Assembly: GCA_964057225.1 (NCBI GenBank)
Contig: OZ059900.1
Span: forward strand, 9,486,001 to 9,550,000
Origin: Auanema rhodensis
Taxonomy: Eukaryota > Animalia > Nematoda
Length of the DNA stretch: 64,000 bases
Direction: 5' to 3'
This document shows, piece after piece, positions 53,361-63,509 of this stretch. Made by a program: the position numbers and the translations under genes. The notes under the pieces are model-generated. The model was not told the origin of the DNA, searched no databases, and saw only the letters and a list, made by a program, of their open reading frames with translations. The stretch's first letter is position 1; the number at the start of each line of letters is the position of its first letter.

Positions 53361-53899
53361 AGAGAACTATAATTAAGATGTCAAATATTATCATTCTGAT
53401 ATTTGAAATTTGAGAAATATAATTAAAGAAAATAGTTGCGAAGAAGTTGAAACAAATCGATACAGTTTTTGAATTACTTACAGTATCAAATTATCCCGCA
53501 TATCATTAGAGTACAAGCAAACAAACAAACGGGTTCAGGTCTCTTTACTTGAAAAACATTCAATCCTGTTACATCCATGTCTCAAAGAAGTGCTTCTGAA
53601 GAAGCTGCCATGATAAAAATGAAACAGATAGTTTTTAAGAAACTTTGAGAAGATTCTAGAGAGAGTTTTTATAAGCTTTGTAACATTTTGTGTAAAATGA
53701 GTAGCAGTCGTATGGTTATATAAGCCTGAGTCTTCAAGACTCAACAGTTCTGATGTAATCACATCTCTATTTTATTTTTAGTTATAGTCATGCAGTTGTA
53801 CATTGTAGATTTATCGTACAACTCTATACTCTTTCTCTCTTAGTTTATTTGGACTTCCCGCGACTTGGAACCATAGGGGATGCAAATTGAATGTCGACA

Positions 53900-54556
53900 T
53901 TCATGTTGGAATGAACTCTTAAATGAGATTCTTTTTATTTTCCTCACTAAATAGATAGTGAGAATTCAAAATTAGAATAATAGAGTCTTGAGAGGCCCGT
54001 TATAATTAATTTTTCTGCTAAAACGATTAGGTTGACCTCACATAGTTGTGCACCGTATGTCACATAGGGGCAGATTACTAGTTCATTTGGAAGATATCTC
54101 TGATTTGGCATATTGTTGAATAGGGTTAAAGAATTGAAAAACCTTACTTAAACAAACCAAAATCTATCAATAATAGCTAACCATATCATATAATTTATAT
54201 TCAGGAAAAAAAGAAAAATAATTGAGAGTGATGAGAAGCAATTACCTAGAAAAACTAAAAATTTAATTCAAAAATTCAAAAAAATAAATCAAAAATATGT
54301 CAAAGCCGTTTGAATTACTGACAGTAATAATTGAAAATCCCGCGTATCAGTAGAGCACATATGTGATTATCAATAACTAATTTCAGGAACTTTTTTTTCT
54401 GAAAACGAAAAAGCTTACGGCACCCGGGATTCCCAAGCCGTCTCCGATCCAAGTACTAACCGGGCCCAACGTTGCTTGACTTGCCAGATCGGACGGGATG
54501 GCGTACTTTCAACGTGGTATGGTCGTAAGCGAATGATATTTTTAGTTTTGCGCTTA
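53900..54556. repeat. Duplicate of the 5S-unit segment 49901-51370, lacking the ~825-bp coding block
   Basis: 53900-54143 matches 49901-50145 and 54159-54556 matches 50973-51370. Confidence 0.9.
54412..54530 (-). rRNA. 5S rRNA
   Basis: Appears identical to the 51226-51344 copy, with the T-run terminator. Confidence 0.97.
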
Positions 54557-54600
54557 TCATAGTGAGCTTCGCTGACCGTGGTATAAGAAATTGCACAACT

Positions 54601-54902
54601 TGTCGCGGTTAGCGATTATTTTTTATTCTTTTTTCTATGTTTTGTTCCATTTCAGTTTTGTTTTTATCGTTTTCCTTTACTTTGTCTATTTCAGATTGTA
54701 CTTTTCGACCCGCCTTCCCATATCTTCATCTTTGGGATCGGAAAATACAAGACATACCTCAACTTACTTCAACGGAGTATAGACGATCTATATTGTGTTG
54801 ATATTGTTAACTGTCTCTTTAATAAAGCATTCTACCACTGACTATCTGTTCTATTAATTCTCAGCGGAATACCGACAACCGAATACCTTCGCCGAAGCGA
54901 CA
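54601..54902 (+). repeat. 5' LTR
   Basis: TGTCGCGGTT...GAAGCGACA; AATAAA at ~54821; repeated at 63208-63509. Confidence 0.97.
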
Positions 54903-54903
54903 T

Positions 54904-54916
54904 TGGTGCATCGACC
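54904..54916 (+). promoter_or_regulatory. Primer-binding site, tRNA-Gly(GCC)
   Basis: TGGTGCATCGACC, 1 nt after the LTR, is the complement of GGTCGATGCA-CCA, the 3' end of nematode tRNA-Gly(GCC) as I recall it. Confidence 0.85.
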
Positions 54917-55185
54917 ATCACGACTCAGGTCACTGCTTCAACAGGTACTTTATCATTTAATTTGGTGGCGACTCTTAAGTCCATCAGCTCAGGCGTGAAT
55001 TTGCCTGCAGTAATCGATATAATTTCGGAGCATAATAACGCTCCAAGATACGACAAGTCGTATATCTCATACTCATTTGTTGTACTTTGTACAACTTTCA
55101 ATTCTTGTTCTCTCTCATTTTCTGAATTTTATTCATCATTATCAGCTATAGAAGCTTACCTATTACGCCTCACACAGCGTTAGAA

Positions 55186-58100
55186 ATGGCCTCCTCATAT
55201 GTTGGCGACATTCGTCGTTCATACGACTTCTTATCCGTTTTGCTCAAACGTTACGCAAATCTTCTCGACAACGAACCCGCCGGGGTATCTGATTCAGAAA
55301 TAACATACGATAGAATTATTTTACTGCAATCAACTTTACGCAATCATGAATTGGTATTGAACGAGCTCTCTACTGCTCTCGACACAGTGAACAGAAACAT
55401 AGAAAAATTCCAAACCGTTTTCAAAGATTCTGATAAGGATCTTCGAAACGAAATGAAAGCATTATACGAAGAACTTGAAGAAAATCCAAACAATCGTCAA
55501 GCTTACAATATAGCTGACGAACAAAGATTATTACTCCTTGACCGTATCAGTCATATTAAAACAGCAATTGCATTCGTGGAATCACTACTTCCCGAGAAAA
55601 AGAAAGAAAAAGTAATCGAAAGCACTGGTACCGAAACAACACAAATTTATTCAAATTTATTACAATTGTTACAAACAAGCAATCATATTCAACGTCCGGT
55701 AACACAAATACCGACTTTCGATGGTACACCCGAAAATTTCAAACTGTATTGGTCAAGATTTAATAACATGATACATCAAAATCCACAATATTCCATACTT
55801 GATAAAGTGAACATTTTACTCGAAGGCTTATCCGATAAAGCTTTGGTCGTTATAAGGGGTATTGAACCTAATGAAAACAACTATCTCTTACTGAGAAAAG
55901 CACTTGAAAATGCATATATGAGATATGCTACAGATAAACTTCAATTATTGAGGAAAATGAAAAATTTATCTCCTGCTTCTGATGCAAAAAGCTGTAAGCA
56001 ATTATTTGATTTGATCCAAAGCTATGATCGTCAAATTACAGCCGCTGGAAGTCATATTGGTCCTGAATTTTTCTTTGCTATTTGCGCTGAAAAATTTCCT
56101 CATTATATAATGAGTGAACTATATCGTCAACCAGATCCTCTAGATCAATCAATGGATGACATTTATCAACATCTCTCTTCACGAATTTATGAATTCAGTT
56201 TAATGGACACTAGAAAACGAAATTCAGAACATGACTCACATAATTCACCAAATCGTGGAAAACATGTTGATAAAACTTTCGACAAATCCACTAAAAAAAT
56301 TTGGACTTGTGTTTTTTGTGGTAAAGAAGGACATCCATCTTATTATTGCCGTACTTATGACACACCACAGAAAAAACGTGAAATCTTAAAGAACAAAGAA
56401 GTATGCTGGCTTTGTTTCTCTACTTCACATCGCAGTCGTGATTGTTCTCGACCGAAATGCCCGAAATGCAAAAATGAGCATAACAGTTGCTTATGTCTAA
56501 ATTTAGATCGTGAAACAAAGAGTCCTGTAAAACCTATATCGTCCACAAGCATGATCATAACAGAAAGTGCAGGACAACAAACTCCAGACCTTACAGTCTC
56601 ACAAAATAAAAATGACATCATTTCTACACCAACTGTATCACAAACAGTACCTACAGTACAACCAGCATTTTTCAATCATCTACCAGTAACATTAATAGTT
56701 ACTGAACCTAAGAATACACAATTACAATTGCTCACACATACCGAGGATACCCATGATATCGAGATGAGTCAAATTGTATTGAAAACAGCTATGACACATA
56801 TATTCAGTTACACACAAAATAAATATATCACAGTAAAGGTAGTGATTGACAGTGGCTCTATGCGGTCTTTCATACGTAGTGATATAGCTAAGGATCTTCA
56901 ATTGCCTATCAACAAAGTTCAACATCGCACATTCTTTGGAATAGGTGGCCTCAGCGAAACACATGAATGTAAAGAAGTGAAAACTATTTTTTATACTTCT
57001 AATGGCAGTATCATCATAACCAACATGCTTACGAAACCATTCATAGCTACATCATTAAGAGCTCCACTTTTAGACAATAATGATCGTTCATTCATTAAAA
57101 GAAACAATATAACTTTAGCTAATCCAATGATTGATGGTCAGGCATTTGAACCAGATATTCTAATTGGATTAGATCGCTATAAGTTATTCGTTCATATGAA
57201 TTCTGAACTTGAGTTACCCTCTACATTAAGAATGCAGAATACCAGTTTCGGTTATACCTTGTATGGGGAAATACCATATCAAAATCATTCTGTTACGTTA
57301 ATAACAATTAATGATAAACCATTACAACATAATGATATGCTTCGATACATATTTGAAATTGATAGCTTAGGAATTAATACTTCTGAAGCTGGAATTGACA
57401 CAACTATTGATTATTACGAAGATTATTCAAAACAGTTGACACTAACCAATCATCGTATTGAAGCTCCTTTACCATTGAAATCAAATTATCATCAATTACC
57501 AGATAATAAAGGTTTAGCCTTTTATCGATTTTTGGCATTGTTCAAAACTTTACAAGCAAATCCTTCGAAATTGGAAATGTACAGGAAAATTATTGATGAT
57601 TATATCGATAACGGTATCATTGAAGAAGTTCCTTTTGAAACTTCCAACAATAATCATAATTCTGATATTATATGTCATTATATTCCACATCATGGGGTAT
57701 GGAATACAAACAAGCCGAATAAACCTTTACGAGTTGTTTTCGATGCTTCAGCTAAAACTAAGGGTAAATTATCCCTTAACGACATACTATATACTGGAAA
57801 AAGTTTTGTGAACAATATTTTCAACATTCTCATTGCTTCAAGAATAAAACCAATCATTATTACTTGTGATATTCAATCAGCCTTTTTACAAGTAGGCTTA
57901 CAGAAGCAACATCGGGATCTTTGCCGTTTCTTTTGGGTAAAGGATCCTCAAGGAAGTTGTAACTCAAGTAATACTAAGGTTTTTCGATTCAAACGCATAC
58001 CATTTGGATTGACTGCCTCACCTAGCATTCTAAACATGAGTGTAAATTGGTATTTAAGCTCTTTGAATACTGACTTATCAGATGAAATATTAAATACATT

Positions 58101-61100
58101 ATATGTAGATAATATTCTATTATTTGCTGATAGTATAGATGAAGCTCAACAGAAATGTTCACTTACACAACAATTATTTCAAAATATTTCGATGCATGTT
58201 CGTGAATTCGCATCGAATAAGTCAGAAGCTCTTCAGCACCTTCATAAAGATGATATTCTCTCTGATTGTCCACTAAAAATTCTTGGAGTACCTTATAATG
58301 CTCTAAGTGATTCCCTTTCAATTCGATTCAATATACCGGAACTCTCTACAGTAACCAAACGAAACGCATTACAACAATTACATTCAGTTTATGATCCTTT
58401 GGGCATAACAAATCCATTAATTTTACCCTTGAAGGTTATTCTTAGAGATATTTTTGCACTTAAAACAGAATGGGATGATACTATACCTTCTGAATTATCA
58501 GCCTCTTGGACATCAATAATTAACGAAATTAATTATGCTAAGGTTACTGTACCTCGTGTACTATCACCATCTATTGAAGAAGGTACATTATGGGTCTTTG
58601 CTGACGCTAGTTCAACAGCGTTAGCTGTGTGTGCTTACATACAGACAAACAACAAAATGAGTTCTATTCTAGCAGGTAAAAGCCGCTTATCTCCTAAAAC
58701 ACCAATTACAATTCCACGCATGGAACTCTTAGCTATTCGATTAGCTATGAGACTTTCTCACACAATATTAATGGAATTACCATGTAAGAAACTAAATATT
58801 GTAAGTGATAGCAGCATTGCGTTATCATGGATTTTAACAAATAAGCAATTACCTGACTTCATAGCAAAACAAGTTCAAAATGTACAACATATGACCCGTG
58901 TATTAGAAGAACATTCGATTAATGTTCAATTTTACCATGTTACTACGGATTATAATCCGGCTGACATTGGTTCACGAGGAGCCAATAAATATCAACTTCA
59001 GGAATCTATGTGGCTTCTTGGACCACAGTGGATTCTTAACAGAACCGTTCAAGCTTTAACACCATATGGTTCCTTGCAAGTGATGCATGTTTCACCTGTA
59101 TCATTACTTATAGCTCAAGCTATATCTGTACCCTTGGAACATAACCTAGCTTATCATAACGGTCATTTTGCAACTTTACGTTTGTTAGCCCGTTTGGCTA
59201 AAATTATAAAAATTTGGCATTTAAAAACATTTAAAAATCAAACTGGACATAAATTACGGAATATTTCACAAATATCAACATCATATCCCGTTTTAACAAC
59301 TGATTTGAAGATAATACGTACTATTTTAATTCGACAAGCTCAAGATCATCTCATTATTGATGATTTACGACGACAATATCCTGGTTATCATTTCTATCTT
59401 GATGATAACGAGATAATTCGAGTAAGAAGCCGATTACAAAATTCTTTACTATCCTATGATACAAAAAACCCAATTTATCTTCCTCGCAACTCATTATTCA
59501 CTCAACACATAATTATGGACGCTCATCGCGCATCTTTTCATCAAGGAAAAGAATTTTTGATCACACATCTTCGTCAAACTTATTTTATTGCTCGCGCTGC
59601 AGCAATTATAAAACAAACTTTGAAGAAATGTCATTTATGCAATAAATATCAATCTTTACCATATGGCACTCCTGATATGCCTTCATTGCCTAAAGATAGA
59701 GTGATATTAACTAAACCATTTCTTAACACTGGTTGCGACTTATTTGGACCTATTATGCTTAAAAGTGGACATAAGGTCTATGTATGTCTTTTTACTTGCT
59801 TAACCATACGTGCCATTCATCTTGAAATGGTCTATGATCAAACAGCGACTTCATTTATGAACGCTTTCACTCGTTTCATAGCCCGACGAGGTTTACCAAC
59901 CACAATGCGAAGTGATTGTGGGGGTAATTTTATTCTCGGAGCTCAATTAATTGAGACAATACAAAAATCAGCTGAATTTAATTTCACCCCAGCTGATATT
60001 GTAGTCCATCTAGCCAAAAATAACATAAATTGGCTCTTTAACACACCTAAGTCTCCATGGAAAGGAGGTTCTTGGGAAAGAATGGTGGGAATTACTAAAA
60101 ATGCAATGAAAAAGGCAATACAAAGAAATAAATTAACATTTGATGAATTATTAACTTTAATTGTCAAAATTGAAGCAGTCATTAACACAAGGCCTTTAAC
60201 ACATCCAGATCCAAATAATATAAATCACGTACCTATTCGTCCTGTCGATTTCATTTCGCCTGGTCTTGTTCTTTCCCTACCGGATGATTGTGGTTCTCGA
60301 GTTTATAATAATTCCATTGATATTCCTGTAATACAAAACGTTGAACAAGCATTGGAAACTTTACAACTTACTTCTGATGCAGCTACGATGTTTTGGGATA
60401 AATTTCAAACAGAATATTTGATATATATTCGTGATATATACAAACATTCCCGAAAACAACCTTCAGCAAATGCCAATAAACCTAATATTGGTGAAATTGT
60501 AGTTATACATAACGATAACTTACCTCGTGGTCAATGGAAACTTGGTCGAATCACAGAACTTATAAGTAGTTCTGATGGATTCATTCGTACAGCTAAAGTT
60601 CTCACTCCAGCTGGGAACATCATATCTCGTTCCTTAAATCATCTATATCCACTTGAATTACGAAGTGTTCTACCTGATATGACATCAATTCCTCAATCTA
60701 CTCCTTCCGAAGACACTTCATTGTCTTTGAAGGTAGGATCTGCTTCGGATATGATGAACCTTGATGCTCAACCAATACAGGAATATATTATAAGATCAAA
60801 CTCACCTGTACCTTCAATCCATGAAACGAACAATGCGGTTACATGTCCTGAACCAATAGATATTAATAATCCTCAAAAAATTTACATACCTACGTCCAAA
60901 ATTTCTTCGATACATAATCCGATCCTTGAGGAAGAAGCTGAATTACAATTATGGGGTCCAGGTCATACGCCTGACGATAATCGTAAAAAATTACAAAATA
61001 AAACCATAAGTAAAGCAAAACAAACCATAATTTTGCCTACCATTGACCAAAACGACGTAAAACCATCTACTGAAACAAACGCAAACCGTGTTCGCACCTT

Positions 61101-63099
61101 ACCTTTACGGGATCACATCACCTACGCTTCGCGAAAGAATTTCAAATCAGCAATGACGTCTGCAATTTTAATTTTTACAATAATATCGATATTTTTACCC
61201 GTAGCATCTGCAAATTCTGTAGTATGTGATGAGGCAAAGTTTTTATCCATACATTTGCTTGGAAACCCACATTGTGCTCCTCATCTTGCCATGTGGTCAT
61301 TGTTCTTACCACTTTGTTGTTTATTTGGCATCCTTTGTTGTTGTATACGCATAGGATTCCATCAATATCGATATAATTCCTGGTCTAATACTATTCGTTA
61401 CATATCTTCTTTTTTCACACTTAGACCTCATACTCCGGAACAGAATGATATTGAATTAGGAGTTATTGAACCTCCTCCAACTTCATCTGAGAATATTCCA
61501 CATATAGAACCTAAATTATATCCTCCATTTTGGAAAAGAGGTTCTCGATTATCAATTATCAGTATACTAACGATATTTCTGATTAATAATGCTACTGCTT
61601 GTACCGATCATCACGTTATTCATTCGGTTTCTACACATTGTCTGAATCGTACTCAATGTTATCACCAATATAGTGATCAAATAGTTTTTTCTCCTGGAGT
61701 TAAAGATTTATGCCTGGATATAAAATTTAAAAATCATTCTATTGGTTATATTCAAATTCGAAAATTATATACAAGTTATGAATGTAAGAAAACCACAAAA
61801 TTTTTTACAAAGGCTACTTTGCCTAAACTAACTGTTGATTTTCGATGTGCTCATATGGGATCTTGTGATCAAACTTGTGAAACTATGAATCATCGCTCTC
61901 GTATTTCTGAATTCGAACCATATAATTATCCAACACAATCCAAATGTGTCCGGTCCTCAGCACATATATGGCGTTGTTTGACATTTTGGGAAAACCCTTG
62001 TCTTTTCTACAAATTAGAACATGTACCTACTTCGGACGACATATTTGAAGTATTTAAATGTGAAGATTGGACAACATCTTCAACTTTTGAAATTACAACA
62101 CATATTGTTAAAGATAAAAATATTTATAATATCACAATTCCACCATATTTGAAGATGAATTACTCTTTTTTCAATATGACGATCAATACACAAGACAAAC
62201 CTCCTACTCCACTTCATAATTATTATTTTGTTGCTTCAAACAATCAAATCTTTGCTGTTGAACCACATTTTCCATTTATGGTACAATGTATTTCGAAGGC
62301 AGACACTTCCGACAATTTTTCAAGATGTACAACGGTTATCGATTGTACTTGTAACAAAATCAATAATGATGTTGCTGGCTGTATATGTCCACAACATAAT
62401 TTCACACATTTTTCTCATATTTTACCTCTGTATATGGCCAATACGGAAACAATCTATAAACCCGATACATCCTTAACTTTTCGAACTCAGTCTGATGAAA
62501 CTACAGTTTCAATTGATTCTGAACTTTTATATGACAGTAATACATTTTCCTATGATATACCTTGTCGTCCCTTATTGATCAGTCTCTCCGGATGTTATTC
62601 CTGTGGGCAGGGTGCATCTGCATTGTTTTCTTGTATGTCATCTAAAGAAACATGGATACCGATCGAGTGTTCAAAAGATGTATTCATGATTAAATGTTCA
62701 CCCTTCAATGAAATTACAAATATCAATATTAAAAGAGATAATTCAATTATAAATGAAGTTTGTCATACTAAATGTAATCATGAAAAAATTGATATAATTG
62801 TAACGGGACAATTATATTTTAATTCATCTACTAATGAACCAAATGAAATTCATTCCAATCAGAATTCAGTTATAATACCTGACATAATTCCTTTTTTGAA
62901 ACTTTTTAAAGAACACTGGATGATGTTTTCAATCTGCGTTGTTTTTCTGATCATCATATGTTTTTTGGGATACCTAGGTTGTACTCCAGCCATTTATTTT
63001 TTCTTGATCACAGCTTTCCGTACTATTAAAATCATAATAGATACAACAACCAAGTTTTTCTTTATTCTTAGAAATCTTTGTTTTGATAGAAGATTTTAA
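55186..63099 (+). CDS. Gag-Pol-Env polyprotein
   Basis: DUF1759-like Gag (IPTFDG...W..F), three Zn knuckles (CVFC..HPSYYC, CWLC..HRSRDC, CPKC..HNSCLC), protease VIDSGS, RT (LRVVFDAS, CDIQSAF, PFGL, YVDN), RNase H (FADAS, TIPRMEL, NPAD), integrase (H..H..C..C, CDLFG, SDCG, WERMVG), DUF5641 (RGQWKLGRI...LYPLE), then a Cys-rich phlebovirus Gc-like env from ~61600 with a C-terminal TM. Confidence 0.97.
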   Translation: MASSYVGDIRRSYDFLSVLLKRYANLLDNEPAGVSDSEITYDRIILLQSTLRNHELVLNELSTALDTVNRNIEKFQTVFKDSDKDLRNEMKALYEELEENPNNRQAYNIADEQRLLLLDRISHIKTAIAFVESLLPEKKKEKVIESTGTETTQIYSNLLQLLQTSNHIQRPVTQIPTFDGTPENFKLYWSRFNNMIHQNPQYSILDKVNILLEGLSDKALVVIRGIEPNENNYLLLRKALENAYMRYATDKLQLLRKMKNLSPASDAKSCKQLFDLIQSYDRQITAAGSHIGPEFFFAICAEKFPHYIMSELYRQPDPLDQSMDDIYQHLSSRIYEFSLMDTRKRNSEHDSHNSPNRGKHVDKTFDKSTKKIWTCVFCGKEGHPSYYCRTYDTPQKKREILKNKEVCWLCFSTSHRSRDCSRPKCPKCKNEHNSCLCLNLDRETKSPVKPISSTSMIITESAGQQTPDLTVSQNKNDIISTPTVSQTVPTVQPAFFNHLPVTLIVTEPKNTQLQLLTHTEDTHDIEMSQIVLKTAMTHIFSYTQNKYITVKVVIDSGSMRSFIRSDIAKDLQLPINKVQHRTFFGIGGLSETHECKEVKTIFYTSNGSIIITNMLTKPFIATSLRAPLLDNNDRSFIKRNNITLANPMIDGQAFEPDILIGLDRYKLFVHMNSELELPSTLRMQNTSFGYTLYGEIPYQNHSVTLITINDKPLQHNDMLRYIFEIDSLGINTSEAGIDTTIDYYEDYSKQLTLTNHRIEAPLPLKSNYHQLPDNKGLAFYRFLALFKTLQANPSKLEMYRKIIDDYIDNGIIEEVPFETSNNNHNSDIICHYIPHHGVWNTNKPNKPLRVVFDASAKTKGKLSLNDILYTGKSFVNNIFNILIASRIKPIIITCDIQSAFLQVGLQKQHRDLCRFFWVKDPQGSCNSSNTKVFRFKRIPFGLTASPSILNMSVNWYLSSLNTDLSDEILNTLYVDNILLFADSIDEAQQKCSLTQQLFQNISMHVREFASNKSEALQHLHKDDILSDCPLKILGVPYNALSDSLSIRFNIPELSTVTKRNALQQLHSVYDPLGITNPLILPLKVILRDIFALKTEWDDTIPSELSASWTSIINEINYAKVTVPRVLSPSIEEGTLWVFADASSTALAVCAYIQTNNKMSSILAGKSRLSPKTPITIPRMELLAIRLAMRLSHTILMELPCKKLNIVSDSSIALSWILTNKQLPDFIAKQVQNVQHMTRVLEEHSINVQFYHVTTDYNPADIGSRGANKYQLQESMWLLGPQWILNRTVQALTPYGSLQVMHVSPVSLLIAQAISVPLEHNLAYHNGHFATLRLLARLAKIIKIWHLKTFKNQTGHKLRNISQISTSYPVLTTDLKIIRTILIRQAQDHLIIDDLRRQYPGYHFYLDDNEIIRVRSRLQNSLLSYDTKNPIYLPRNSLFTQHIIMDAHRASFHQGKEFLITHLRQTYFIARAAAIIKQTLKKCHLCNKYQSLPYGTPDMPSLPKDRVILTKPFLNTGCDLFGPIMLKSGHKVYVCLFTCLTIRAIHLEMVYDQTATSFMNAFTRFIARRGLPTTMRSDCGGNFILGAQLIETIQKSAEFNFTPADIVVHLAKNNINWLFNTPKSPWKGGSWERMVGITKNAMKKAIQRNKLTFDELLTLIVKIEAVINTRPLTHPDPNNINHVPIRPVDFISPGLVLSLPDDCGSRVYNNSIDIPVIQNVEQALETLQLTSDAATMFWDKFQTEYLIYIRDIYKHSRKQPSANANKPNIGEIVVIHNDNLPRGQWKLGRITELISSSDGFIRTAKVLTPAGNIISRSLNHLYPLELRSVLPDMTSIPQSTPSEDTSLSLKVGSASDMMNLDAQPIQEYIIRSNSPVPSIHETNNAVTCPEPIDINNPQKIYIPTSKISSIHNPILEEEAELQLWGPGHTPDDNRKKLQNKTISKAKQTIILPTIDQNDVKPSTETNANRVRTLPLRDHITYASRKNFKSAMTSAILIFTIISIFLPVASANSVVCDEAKFLSIHLLGNPHCAPHLAMWSLFLPLCCLFGILCCCIRIGFHQYRYNSWSNTIRYISSFFTLRPHTPEQNDIELGVIEPPPTSSENIPHIEPKLYPPFWKRGSRLSIISILTIFLINNATACTDHHVIHSVSTHCLNRTQCYHQYSDQIVFSPGVKDLCLDIKFKNHSIGYIQIRKLYTSYECKKTTKFFTKATLPKLTVDFRCAHMGSCDQTCETMNHRSRISEFEPYNYPTQSKCVRSSAHIWRCLTFWENPCLFYKLEHVPTSDDIFEVFKCEDWTTSSTFEITTHIVKDKNIYNITIPPYLKMNYSFFNMTINTQDKPPTPLHNYYFVASNNQIFAVEPHFPFMVQCISKADTSDNFSRCTTVIDCTCNKINNDVAGCICPQHNFTHFSHILPLYMANTETIYKPDTSLTFRTQSDETTVSIDSELLYDSNTFSYDIPCRPLLISLSGCYSCGQGASALFSCMSSKETWIPIECSKDVFMIKCSPFNEITNINIKRDNSIINEVCHTKCNHEKIDIIVTGQLYFNSSTNEPNEIHSNQNSVIIPDIIPFLKLFKEHWMMFSICVVFLIIICFLGYLGCTPAIYFFLITAFRTIKIIIDTTTKFFFILRNLCFDRRF

Positions 63100-63207
63100 C
63101 ATTGAACTAATTCCGTACTATCCTTAAAAATCTTACTATATAAGCATCATGGGTCATTATGCGACGGACAACGTCGCAAAAGGCCAATGGCTTAGCTGCG
63201 GCGGCAG

Positions 63208-63509
63208 TGTCGCGGTTAGCGATTATTTTTTATTCTTTTTTCTATGTTTTGTTCCATTTCAGTTTTGTTTTTATCGTTTTCCTTTACTTTGTCTATTTCA
63301 GATTGTACTTTTCGACCCGCCTTCCCATATCTTCATCTTTGGGATCGGAAAATACAAGACATACCTCAACTTACTTCAACGGAGTATAGACGATCTATAT
63401 TGTGTTGATATTGTTAACTGTCTCTTTAATAAAGCATTCTACCACTGACTATCTGTTCTATTAATTCTCAGCGGAATACCGACAACCGAATACCTTCGCC
63501 GAAGCGACA
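63208..63509 (+). repeat. 3' LTR
   Basis: Copy of 54601-54902; preceded by GCGGCGGCAG at the PPT position and followed by the TSD CAACT. Confidence 0.97.

Larger units (their letters stand above)
54601..63509 (+). mobile_element. Full-length BEL/Pao LTR retrotransposon (belpaovirus) with env, 8909 bp
   Basis: 302-bp LTRs at 54601-54902 and 63208-63509 (TG...CA, no difference seen), TSD CAACT (54596-54600 and 63510-63514), PBS, and one 2637-aa ORF. Confidence 0.98.

Noticed and set aside
54591-55183. Short ORFs in the LTR and leader (also 63149-63448 and antisense ORFs in pol)
   Set aside because: By-products of T-rich LTR sequence or shadows of the main ORF.
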